A DNA stretch of 63,318 nt, the filler included, from Octopus bimaculoides (Eukaryota), in the NCBI RefSeq assembly GCF_001194135.2. It is 6 parts of 5 records of this genome, joined end to end, with 100 filler letters (N's around TTAATTAATTAA, not from the genome) between each part and the next. Parts side by side here need not be neighbours in the genome. Positions count along the whole stretch, not along the records: positions 19,695 to 29,886 come from NC_068986.1; positions 29,987 to 37,126 come from NC_069008.1; 4 more parts are not named here. One strand, given 5' to 3'. Below, in pieces: positions 25,713-37,126 of this stretch. Both the position numbers and the translations under genes were made by a program. The notes under the pieces are model-generated. The model was not told the DNA's origin and did not search any database. It saw only the letters and a program-made list of their open reading frames with translations. How positions within the stretch are numbered: position 1 is the stretch's first letter; each line of letters begins with the position of its first letter.

Positions 25713-26814
25713 TAAAACGTTCCAGTTTATCATTTATATTTATTGAATGTTGAAGGAAGATTGGGCGGCGATTTTTCACTTGAAGTTAATGGTATAGTTA
25801 AAACTTGGAGAAAAGCATGATTCATTGGTTAATCATCGTACCTAAAAGAGAGTTCTACAAAAGAATAGACTCTATTGAAGGAAATTACAGATGTATTCGT
25901 GAAATTAAACAGAACAGTGGTTAAATCTAATCACAAACAGATACTATTCACCATTCGGGTTTCGAACATTTTCCTTCTAAGAGTTGCACAAATAACGCTT
26001 AGGTTGGGAACCCGTGCTGGAACAAGACATTCCAATGGTATTAATAATGACAGTATTCGAGGTCATATTCTCTTAAAATGTATGTAAGTCTGTGCAAATC
26101 ATATTAATTGATACGAATAACATCATGAATATATTTCGTGAAGTGTAAACACCATTTCCGAAAGTGTTGTATAGTGAAAACGAATCTGGATCTGAGCGAT
26201 CGAAGAGGAAATATCTTAACCATATTCTTGCTTTACGAATATGTTCGTTACGAGTAAGAATTCCCTAAAACAGATAAGAAAGTTTAAACAACGGTTTTGC
26301 GTTTCTTCTAAAATCATTGCACATTATTCTGTAATTCGTGAAGAGAGATCAAACTATTAACTACATTTATGGCGATAGTTTCACCACCTAAAGAAACATT
26401 TATCATCATTTTCCTAAGATATTTTATGAGACAAGAATGTGTTGCATCTCTTGTTCCCGGTTGAATGAATTCACTTAACTCGTTCATCGAAATATTTCTC
26501 TAGCTGATGCACTTCACTGTCGATTGCGTCTTTCTATTCCTTGGAGCCCTGAGTAAACACAAGTGAAAGCACAATCTATTGCAAAGTGCTGATTCCCTCC
26601 CCACACACACGCCACACACACACGCCACACACACACACACACACNNNNNNNNNNNNNNNNNNNNNNNNNNNNNNNNNNNNNNNNNNNNNNNNNNNNNNNN
26701 NNNNNNNNNNNNNNNNNNNNNNNNNNNNNNNNNNNNNNNNNNNNNNNNNNNNNNNNNNNNNNNNNNNNNNNNNNNNNNNNNNNNNNNNNNNNNNNNNNNN
26801 NNNNNNNNNNNNNN

Positions 26815-26847
<33 letters not shown>

Positions 26848-27490
26848 CAATGCGTGCGCAGATATATGCATAAACATACACACGCATATATTCATATGGG
26901 TAGGTAAATGTGTAATGTTCATAAGTCAAGAAAGAGCATAGAATATATGAAATACAGTTTAATAATTTTGTATACTGACTGAATCATTTGAAACTAACAT
27001 AATACACCACTGCCATTCTATCGCTAGCTCGTAGAATTGCGATTATCAGAAACTTCTGTTGAAAACACCATCAACTTCTAAGTTTCCTTTAGGCTGACTA
27101 TACGAGAAGAAAAAAATTTAACTTTACATTTTATTTATGGATAAGAAAAAGTGTGATCACCCATGGGCGTTCCTGACGAGTTATGTCCCCTTGTTTTAAT
27201 ACTAGGAATAGTACGGCATATATAAACATGTTAGAAATACTAGAAAATGAAAGAGAAACAAAGTGTGATTTAATATAAGCGAGAAGCAAGAATAGAGTGA
27301 ATAACAGCGTCCATTTAGACAAGGAGCTTAATGGAAAAGCTCTTTTCTTTACCGTTTGACCAGCAGACAAAGTTATTCTCAGTAGGAATTAGGCTGGAAA
27401 TGTATAGCTTGGGTAGCAAAACATCGCAAATTCATTTTTTCTAAGTTGAGCTTTATATATTCTGGCACCAACTCGCACATTACAATATAA

Positions 27491-27709
27491 GAATCCTTTC
27501 TACTATAGGTACAAGGCCTGTAATTATGGGGGGGGGAGAAATGTCCATTACAACGATCCCGGTGCTCCACTGGAACTTATTTTATCGACCCCTGAAGGAT
27601 AAAAGGCAACATCGAGCTCGGTTGAAATTGAACTCAGAACGTCGCGACGGGCGAAATACCGCGAAGCATTTCGTCCTTCGTGCTAACGACTCTTAGATCT
27701 CACCGCCTT
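27491..27709 (-). mobile_element. SINE S2 (tail A) with 14-bp target-site duplication
   Basis: ACATTACAATATAA at 27477-27490 and 27710-27723. Confidence 0.9.
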
Positions 27710-27735
27710 ACATTACAATATAAAAATATATGTTA

Positions 27736-27922
27736 CAAGGCGCCGCGCTGGCAGAATCGCTACGGCACCGGGGAAAAAGGCTTCTTAGCATTTCGTCTTT
27801 CCAGTCTAATTTCAAATTCCGTCAAAATTGATTTTCTTTTTCATCATTTCGGTGTCGATACACAAAATCTAATCGACATACGTCTGCCTCGAAATTGCTG
27901 GCCTTGTGCCAAAATTTAAAGG
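27736..27922 (+). mobile_element. SINE S2 (tail B, internally deleted), head-to-head with the previous copy
   Basis: AAGGCGCCGCGCTGGCAGAATCGCTA head; tail GAAATTGCTGGCCTTGTGCCAAAATTT. Confidence 0.85.
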
Positions 27923-27969
27923 CAATCTGCTATGATATTATAATAACACTAATGCTATAGCATATAATG

Positions 27970-28425
27970 ATCATTTTTAATTTTGGCAAAAGGACAGAAA
28001 TGTTAAATTGTAGGTTACCCGATTATGTCAACCAAAGACCTTGACTGGTTCATTAATTAATTGACTCCTAAAGAATAGCAGATAAAGACGAGCACGGCAG
28101 AATTTCACTTCAGACCGTAAAAAGGCGGTAGAAATTCCTCTCAGGATCTTGTACGGCGTGCAAGACATTTTGTCAGCTCTCCAATTAATCATATTTTCTA
28201 ACCTTTCTACTTAAGGCACAACGCGCGAAGTATTTTTCTTTTTGTGTGAGTGGGGAGGGTCAAAACGATTACAACGACCTCAGCATACAACTGGTATTTA
28301 TTTCATCGTCTCCGAAAGGATGAAAGGCAAACCTGACCTCAGCAGATTGAACTAAGTATGTGAAGACAGACTTCTCAACGCTCATAATTTTGTGCGACGT
28401 GCTAAACATTTCGCCAGCTCACCAC
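27970..28425 (-). mobile_element. Two tandem degraded SINE S2 copies
   Basis: AATTTTGGCAAAAGGAC (tail B reverse) near 27975; ACTGGTATTTATTTCATCG...GAAAGGATGAAAGGCAAA...GCTAAACATTTCGCCAGCTCACC to 28425. Confidence 0.65.
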
Positions 28426-29702
28426 GTATTTTTTATTAATTGATGGTGCTGGTTCACTTGCGTTCACAATTGTTCATGGTTACTATTGTAGTGATATATT
28501 GAATTGAATCACTTCTAATTCCTTTGTCGTTTTTAACTTCTCTGTTGTAGAATGATCAAGAACATCTACACTAATAAAGAGTATCTACAATACAGTAAAA
28601 CACATTTCCGGTCGTTTGGCGTTATGGCGGTTCTGACAATAATTGCGCTGAGAACATAATGAAATTATATAATTATGAAATAATGCATTCCACGTGTTAT
28701 GCAATGCATATTATGCATTATTAAAGTGACTAATGAAACGAAAAAAGTATAAAAAAGGACAGTGTGAAGTACAAAGAAATTTTTATGCACGGAGTTAAGT
28801 GCCATAAAACTTCGAGAGTAACAATCAGCAGCTGGATAACTCTGCAAAAGAAAATAATAAAAAAAATATCTAGCACAAGGTTAAATTTATATCATGTTCC
28901 GATAGGGGAAAGTGAAATTCATCTCCTCAGGGGAAAAAAATAAAAACCAAGAATATTTTAAACCTCTCATGCATTTAGTCTCTTCAAGTTAGAGTGGTAA
29001 ATGGAATTTAGTGTAATCAGTAGAAATGGTATTGAAATTGATTTGGTGTAAGATATGGTCGGCGCAAACTAAAATCCTATAATGCAACAACACAAAAGAC
29101 TCTTAAACAGAAACTCAGCAAAATTCGATCATGCTACATATTAAAATTATAGTTTGCAAATTCTAATGAATAATTATTCTGAATTATTGATTGAATCTCC
29201 ATTTAAATAATTGGAAATGATATTCAATGACGATATGATTCATGGAACAAGGCATGCCATTCCAATTAATGAACGAAATTTTCACATAAATTCATCGAAA
29301 ATGAGATTTTTTTCCCAATTATTTTAATCTGAGAAAATATATATCGATTTTTTTTATATTGTCAGAATGTTGCACATTCTTTGGGAGGGAAAATACGATT
29401 AAGACCAACCCAAATACTTGAATGGTACTTAATCTATCGACCCCGGAAGGATGACAGGGAAAAATGAGTTCCACTGGAGTCGAGGTCAGAATCTAATTGT
29501 CTATAAAACAATACTGAAAGGTTGCGTTGTACATGGACACTGCCATTTACTGACTTCGAATCTAAAAGAAAATATATTTCGGAGAAAAAGTTTTACGGTA
29601 ATACTTATGTTCTATTTTACGAGGAAAATGAGGACACAATTTTATGACAGGCAAGCCCTTTTGATTTATTTACTGCATGATAATGGACATAAAACTTTTA
29701 TT

Positions 29703-29886
29703 GGCGCAGGAGTAGCTGTGAAGTAAGAACCTTGCTCTCAACAACGTGGTTCCGGATTCAGTCCCACTGCGTGGCACCTTGGGTTTGTGGCTTCTACTAT
29801 AGCCTCGGGCCGACTAAAGCCTTGTGAGTGGTTGTGGAGGACGGAAATTGAAAGAAGGAAAGAAGCCCGTTGTATGTATATATATA
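29703..29886 (+). mobile_element. SINE S1 5' half, runs into a gap at its internal (TA)n
   Basis: GGCGCAGGAGTAGCTGTG...CAGTCCCACTGCGTGGCACCTTGGG...GCCTCGGGCCGACTAAAGCCTTGTGAGTGG. Confidence 0.9.
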
Positions 29887-29986
29887 NNNNNNNNNNNNNN
29901 NNNNNNNNNNNNNNNNNNNNNNNNNNNNNNTTAATTAATTAANNNNNNNNNNNNNNNNNNNNNNNNNNNNNNNNNNNNNNNNNNNN

Positions 29987-30306
29987 TATAATGATATATA
30001 TATAATTATGATAGATTGTTACACCATTCAATGTTTAGGTAAACTTCATCACCCACTCACTCACTCTCTCTCTCTCTCTCTCTCCCCACACACAAAAATG
30101 AAACACATTTTGGCACCAAAAATAGATTTCCACTTTGCAATTTTTGGTGCTGAAATGTGTTTTATTTTTGTGGAGAGAGAGAGACAGACAGACAGAGAGA
30201 CAGACAGACAGAGAGACAGACAGACAGACAGACAGAGTGGGTGATGAAGTTTACCTAAACATTGAATGGTGTAACAATCTATCATAATTATATATATATC
30301 ATTATA
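29987..30306. repeat. Fold-back element: 72-bp perfect outer inverted repeats plus 33-bp inner inverted repeats
   Basis: 29987-30058 is the exact reverse complement of 30235-30306; inner arms differ at 3 of 33 positions; 16-nt loop. Confidence 0.9.
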
Positions 30307-30390
30307 CATCATCATCACTATCATCGTTTAACATCTGCTTTCCATTCTGGCATGGGTTGGACAGTTTGACTGAGGACTGGCAAGTCAGGA
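30306..30390 (-). mobile_element. 3' end of a SINE with (GAT)n tail, RTE-type
   Basis: CATCATC...GTTTAACATCTGCTTTCCATTCTGGCATGGGTTGGACAGTTTGACTGAGGACTGG; same family at 33354. Confidence 0.75.
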
Positions 30391-30469
30391 AAATCTATTC
30401 GGGATTATTATATATATTATATCCAGTGATTTTAAGAAGTAAGAAAAAGATTTTTTTTTTTCTTAGTGG

Positions 30470-31682
30470 AAATCATGTGGGTGAAAGGATCAAAATTTAC
30501 TGTCAATTGAACTTGAATCCAGATATAAATACCTGGGAAATATTTGAGGCAGATGGAATTGAGCATGATGATATGAAAGTAAAGACAAAGAAAGAGTATC
30601 TGTGGTGACTGCGAAAGATATTGCATTTAAAATTGAAAGCCAGAAACATAATTTCAGCAATAAACTCATGTGCAGTTGCAGTGGTTTGATATAGAGCAAG
30701 AATTCTGAAGTGGAAAGAGGATGAGCTAAAGGAGTTGAAAAGGAAAACAAGAAAGCTACTTACCATGCATGGAGCCTATCATCTATGTGCAGATACTGAT
30801 CACCTATACACGAAGAGAGCAGATAGAGGAAGAGGAGTGATCAATGTGGATGTCTGTGTGCATACTGAAAATGGGACCATGCTGAGATATCTAACTCAAA
30901 GTGAGGAAACCCTGCTAGTGGCAGTTAGACTTATTGAAAGTAGGAAAAAAGAAAAGAACAAAAATAAGTACAAAAACATCAAGAAGCACTACCCAACAAG
31001 GGATTACACAATTAATTCCATGTAACCACAACTGAAGTTGCTGGAGAACATAGGCGGGACTAGGTAAAGAAAGGAGTGTTTAAAAAGGAGGCCCAAAAGC
31101 ACAGTACTTGCAGTGTAAGAGCAAGCTGAGGTCACAAATTGGAGTTAGTATTAGAAATGAACAAGTGTCTCTAATGTGCCAAATTTGCAATGGATTTGAT
31201 GTAACTATTGCTCATACTGTGAATGAACATCTCAGATTTCCCACAACCAGTATAAATTATAGCAGCATGATGAGGTAGCAAAAGTCCTGTATTGGAAACT
31301 GTGTGAAAAGTTGGGGTTAGAGAGAGGTATGACCACAAATCACAGAGAGTGACTGAGTTGTGGAATTTCCAATTCAAACAGACCAGGTACTTGAGCACAA
31401 CAAACCAGACCTAGTGGTGGTGGACAAAGTAAACCCCAAGTGCTCTTCAATTGATGTTGTATGTCAGTTTCAGTTACAGATAGTTAAGAAGGAAGGCAAG
31501 AAAGTTGATATATACAATCCAGTTAAATACAAGATAGCCTGACTGTGGAAGAAGTAAAAGGTGAAGATAGTGCTAGTTATTGTTGGGGCTCAAAGATATT
31601 GAGAGGAACATAAAGAAAATGAGAATAGAGTAACTGGTAGAGTTGCTTAAAAAGTTTGCCTCTTTGGCACAAGCGGAATTAA
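30470..31682 (+). mobile_element. 5'-truncated decayed R4/Dong-clade non-LTR element (subfamily B): RT thumb to RLE
   Basis: Translations KRKTRKLLTMHGAYHLCADTDHLYTKRADRGRG, EFPIQTDQVLEHNKPDLVVVDK...IDV and VELLKKFASL, with many stops and frameshifts. Confidence 0.9.
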
Positions 31683-33353
31683 CTCATACAGTAAATACCC
31701 AATAAAAGGAACAAACTCCACAGCATGTACCATAAAAGTTTGATACTCAACAGAACACAGCCTGCACTGCACAAACAACATACAGTAACAACAGAAAACT
31801 CAAACCAAATCCCATAACAAAATATACTGATGCAATACAATATTCTCCAAAGGAAAAAAAATGCAGCACACACCTCACCAGCACAAAAGTGCAGCAAGTG
31901 ATGCAATAGAAAGTTAATCAAAACTATCAGATGTTGAATAATAATAATGATAATAGTGGTGATGATGGTGATGAACGTTACCTTACTTCAGTTTATGTGA
32001 GACAAAAGTTTGATTAGAAATTCTAATTGTAACAGTGACAATGAGGTTGGAACTTTAAAGGAAGGTTTCTCACACAGCAGTGGTTCAGTAAAAATGCAGA
32101 CTGACCACAGCTGTTTTCCTAAAATAGCATCAGCAGATAATAGAGTAAAGAGGAAATGGACCAGCGAAGAAAACAGGATAATGATGAAGTACTACTTAGA
32201 AAGTGAATCTAAAAGAAGGTGTTATAGAAAACGGATGTTAACACTTTGGGTAGAGAAGGGTATGTTTAAAGTGATTGAGAAGAGACTAGTAGACTAAGCT
32301 AATGCTGTTAGAAGAAAGTGGATGACAGAATTGGAAGTGGAAGAGATCACAAGAGAATTGGGAAAGAAAGACCCAACAACATAAGAGATATAATTCAAAC
32401 CAAAGAAGAACCTAAAGGGAAAAATAATAATAGCACTACCAATCAGAAATGGACAACTGGCACCAGCAATTTAAATGATCTAAGTGAGGAAGATCAGAAG
32501 ATTTTAGATGAGTCGCAGGAAGCAATGAGTAACGAAGTAAGAAAAAGATTGCCAGCATTAAAAGGTACCAACAGAAGGAAGCTGCTAGATATGACTAGGA
32601 AAGTAGATTCTGATATCAGTAGGATAGAGACTAAAAATATGCGAAACACTAACTTATTGATCTGTGCAGGAGGGGTAGTAGTTACTAGGAGATTAGATAT
32701 TCCACAAGGAAAGATTAGAAAAGAGCAAATGTGGAAAAGGAGACTACAAAATAAAGTGAAGACTTTAAAACAAGATCTGAGTCGAATAGAAGCCTGGAAA
32801 CTGAACAAGTTAGGAAACACAAGATTGAAATCTTCTCTTGAGAAAAAATACTTAGTCAAAGAGAAAGGATTTGAGACAGTCATAGAAAAGTTGAAACAGC
32901 ATATCCTATCAGTAGTAAGTAATCTTTCCAGATATCAGAAAAGAATAAATCAGTATCAACAGAATAGATTATTTGAGACAGACCTGAGGAGATTTTATAA
33001 CTAAATAAATAGAGGAGAAGAAAGTACTGAAAATGAGAAACCAAATGCAGAAGAAACTAGAAAGTTCTGGATTAATATTTGGGATAAGCTAGTCAATTAC
33101 AATGGAGATGCAGTATGGCTAAAGAAAGTGAGGGAAGAAGTAGTGAGTGGGAAGCAACCAGATCTAAGACTAACCAGTGCATTAAGGAGTAAAGTGTTAG
33201 GAAAAATGCTGAATTAGAATGGCCCAGGACCAGATTTAGTTCAAGGATAATGGTTAAAGATATTTAGTAGTTTACATGGAAGGCTGAGGGAACAACTTCA
33301 GAATTGCCTTAATGGAGTAATAATATCAGATTGTATGACTAGAGGGAGGACAA

Positions 33354-33510
33354 TCATCATCATCATCATCATCGTTTAACGTCCGCTTTCCATGCTAGCA
33401 TGGGTTGGACGATTTGACTGAGGACTGGTGAAACCGGATGGCAACACCAGGCTCCAATCTAAATTTGGCAGAGTTTCTACAGCTGGATGCCCTTCCTAAC
33501 GCCAACCACT
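33354..33510 (-). mobile_element. 3' part of RTE-tail SINE inserted into the R4/Dong ORF
   Basis: (CAT)n then GTTTAACGTCCGCTTTCCATGCTAGCATGGGTTGGACG...CAGCTGGATGCCCTTCCTAACGCCAACCAC; interrupts RGRTI/IAKDKSKGN. Confidence 0.85.
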
Positions 33511-33560
33511 CAGAGAGTGTAGAGAGTATAGATGTAATAATCCATTCCTCTACTATTTCT

Positions 33561-33611
33561 GTCTCCGATGAAGGGACACATTGCCCCCCCCCCCCGAAAC
33601 AGCTGCAAGAC
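33561..33611 (+). ncRNA. Relic minimal type I hammerhead ribozyme motif, probably inactive, of Penelope-terminal type
   Basis: GTCT-CCGATGA-AGGG...CCC-GAAA-C-AGCT-G-CA-AGAC: stems I and II pair, stem III has a palindromic loop; core positions U4 and U16.1 read C. Confidence 0.6.
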
Positions 33612-35919
33612 CCTATCCACAAAATACATTTCCAACCCTGCCATTGCTCTCCTTATCCCTCTCTCTCTTTATACATACACACGCTAATACACGACCTATG
33701 TTATAATCCCCACTCATGTTTATACAATGACAGGGGCAAAACTAGTCGGTATACAGCACTTACTCAGTATTACCTGTATCTTTGGGTTTGGTTGAATCCA
33801 ATACCCTTCTTAACCTTATATATGAGGCTATATATGTGTGTGTGTGTGTATACAGTAGTCAATATTCTGACTGTAGGAAAATGATTTGCATAAAAATATT
33901 CAAAATTGCAAAAGATAAGAGCAAGGGTAATACAGCAAGCAACTATAGACCAATCACTTGCTTACCATTAGTGTGGAAGCTGCTAACAGAAATGCTTTCA
34001 GAAAGCATTTACAAGCACCTTTATAAACAGAATTTACTGCCAGAAGAACAGAAATGTTGCAGAAAGAAAGTTAGAGGAATGTACAATTTATTATACATAA
34101 ACACCACAGCGGTTCTATGTGAAGTAAAAACTAGAAAGAAAAATCTAACAATAGCATGGATAGATTATAAGAAAGCTTATGACATGATCCCACACTCATG
34201 GATAAGTGAATGTTTGAGTATATTCAGTAGAGCAGACAACATAAAAGAATTAATTAGCTTTAGAATGAAGAAATGGAGAGGTAACACAGTCTTAGGGAAA
34301 GTTAATATCAAGGGAGGAATTTTCCAAGGAGATTTGTTATCCCCTTTAATATTTGTCTTATATTTGGCCCCACTCAGTTTAGTATTAAGGAAGGCAAAGG
34401 CAGTGTATCAGTTCAGAAATAGTAAAGGAAAAATTAACCATTTGCTCTCTATGGATGGTCTGAAGCTTTTTAGTAAGAATGAAAAAGAGATAGATTCTTT
34501 AATACAGACTTGTAAGACTCTTCAGCAAAGATTTAGGCATGGAATTTGGCAGAGATAAGTGTGCAATATTAGTCATGAAAAGAGGACAGGTAGTCAATAG
34601 TGAAGGCATCCTATTACCAGAGGGCCAAACATTAAAATCTTTGAAAGAAAGAAAGAGTTGTAAGTATCTAGGAATATTAGAATCTGACAAAGTACTAATT
34701 ATAGAAATGAAAATGAGAATTAAAAAGGAGTACATTAGAAGGGTGAAGAAGCTAATGAAATCAAAGTTAAATTATCCAAATCTAGTGAAGGCTGTAAATA
34801 CTTGGGCAGTATCATTACTTAGATACTCATCAGCTTTTGTAGACTGGACAAAAACTGAATTAGCAAAACTAGACAGAAGAACTAGGAAGGAATTCGATAT
34901 GAATAGAGAACTCCACCCAAGAGCAGGAGTAGCAAGATTATTCTTACTTAGAAAGGAAAGTGGAAGAGGGTTAATATCAGTAAAAGACTGTGTGGAGTTA
35001 GCTAGAGTAGATATGGACTCCTATGTCAGTAACAGTGAAGAAAGTTTATTAAGAGCTGACAGAGTCACAGCAAAACATTGGGAAACCAAAATGTCAAACG
35101 AAGTTAAAAACCAGAAAAAAGAACAAAAGTTATCTGACTGGCAGGCGAAGGTTTTGCATGGTAGATGCCCAAAAATAGTTGCAGCAAATAGTAGTAGTGA
35201 GACATGGTTATGGTTTCAGAAAGGAAGGCTGAAAAGGGAGACAAAAAAGTTTGTTAGTAGCAGCAACCAGATCAAGCATTAACTCTAATTGGATAAGCGC
35301 CAAGATAGACAAAAACCAAGTAGATTCCTAATGTAGATTATGCAAATCAAAAGAGGAAAGTGTTACTCATATAGTAAGTGAATGTAGTATGCTGGCACAG
35401 GAAGAATACAAGAAAAGACATGACAATCTAGGGAGAGTAGAGTAATCCACTGAGAGTTATGTAGAAAGTTAGGATTTGAACATACTGATATATAGTATGA
35501 ACATGAACCTAATGAAGTACTAGAAAGTAAGAAATATAAGATCTTGAAGGACTTTAACATTCAGACTGACAGAGTAATAGAAGCTAGAAGGCCTCGGTTA
35601 GTAGTAGTAGACAAAGAGAATAGAAAGTGCCAGATAACTGTCTTCACAGTCCCAAATAATGAAAAAAATCAATGAGAGGTATTAAAAAAATAGCAAAGTA
35701 CCAGAACCTAGCCATTGAATTACAGAGACTGGAAAATGTGGGTAAAATGTATGCCAGTAGTTATAGGTGCATTAGGAACTATCTCTAAAGATTTGAACAG
35801 ATGAATAGAAGGAATAGGCATAAAACCCAGTTTAGTACAGCTCCAGTGTTATTAGGGACAGCTAGGATACTTAGGAAGGTTCTTGACATCTAAGGTTACT
35901 TGTTGTAGCCTGGTATTAG

Positions 35920-36815
35920 GAAGTACAAAAAGGACATGAAGAAGAATTACATAAGAAGGGACTACACAATCAATTCCATGTAGCCACAACATAAGTTGCT
36001 GGAAAAAATAGGTAGGATTGGCTGATGAAAGGAACACTAAAAAAAGAGACCGAGAGCAATATACTGGCAGTGCAGGACCAAGATCTGGCCACGAATTGGA
36101 GGGTCAACCTTAGGAATGAACAAGTGTCTCTGCTGTGCCACATCTACAATAGAGTGGATGGAACCATTGCCCCTATCTCAAACGAATGCCCTAGACTTGC
36201 TGTAAACCACTACAAGTTGTGGCGATACGATCAGGTAGTGAAAGTGCTACATTGGAAACTGTGTGAAAAGTAGGGGCTAGAGAGAGGCAAGATGTGGTAT
36301 GAGCACAAATCGCAGTGAGTGGTGGAGTCAGAGACTAGCAAAATCCTCTGGGATTTCCCAATCTAAACAGATCACGTGCTAGAGCATAAGACAAGACCTA
36401 GTGGTGGTGAACAAGGTGCACTACATACACTATACAGTTGATGTTGAATGCACCTTTGATCCACAAATAGTCAGGAAGGATGGCAAAAAGATAGAGAAAA
36501 ACATGTCTCTTAAGTATGAAATAGACTGACTATGGAAAAAGAAGAAGGTGAAAATGATGCCAATTATTGTTGGGTCCTTGGGAACAGTATCAGAAGGCAT
36601 CAAGAGGAATATAAAGGAAAGTGGAATAGAGTGCCCAGTAGAACTGTTACAAAAGGTTTGCCTCCTTGGCATGACCACAATAATCAGGATAGTATTGGAT
36701 AGCTGAAAAAAATGGATTGTATTGTACCATAGACTGCAGGTAGTAAGCCCGCTACACATACAAGACTCCAGGAACACCAACAAAACTTGTGATAAAGAGA
36801 AATAATAACAATAAC

Positions 36816-36854
<39 letters not shown>

Positions 36855-36855
36855 T
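35920..36855 (+). mobile_element. 5'-truncated R4/Dong element (subfamily B) ending in (AAT)n
   Basis: KGTLKKETESNILAVQDQ, KVLHWKLCEK, IIVGSLGTV, PVELLQKVCLLG; aligns at DNA level to 30975-31680; (AAT)n at ~36800-36855. Confidence 0.9.
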
Positions 36856-37126
36856 ATATGCTAAAAATGACAAAGAGCTAGAAACACTACTACAAACAGT
36901 ACACGGCTTTACCAAGGAAATAGATATGAAATTCGGATTAGAAAAATGTGCCAAAGCAACCCTGAAAAGAGGAAAATTAGTTAAAAGTAGCAATATAACA
37001 CTAGATAAAGCCAATGAAATAAGAGAACTAGACGAAAGCCAACCATACAAATATTTAGGAGTCAATGAACTAGATAGGATACAACATACACAAATGAAAG
37101 AAAAAATAAAGAAAGAGTACTATAGA
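36856..37126 (+). mobile_element. RT fragment of a third R4/Dong subfamily (C), truncated by a gap
   Basis: Uninterrupted YAKNDKELETLLQTVHGFTKEIDMKFGLEKCAKATLKRGK...YKYLGVNELDRIQHTQMKEKIKKEYYR starting right after the (AAT)n. Confidence 0.92.

Larger units (their letters stand above)
31975..35915 (+). mobile_element. Near full-length decayed R4/Dong-clade element (subfamily A), single RT+RLE ORF broken by stops, frameshifts and a ~550-bp insertion
   Basis: N-terminal RKWTSEENRIMMKYYLESE..YRKRML; RT motifs NYRPITCLPLVWKLLT, WIDYKKAYDMIPHSW, GIFQGDLLSPL, HLLSMDGLKLF, KYLGILE; C-terminal C..C..HIVSEC knuckle and FNIQTDRVIEARRP...VIGALG RLE. Confidence 0.96.
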
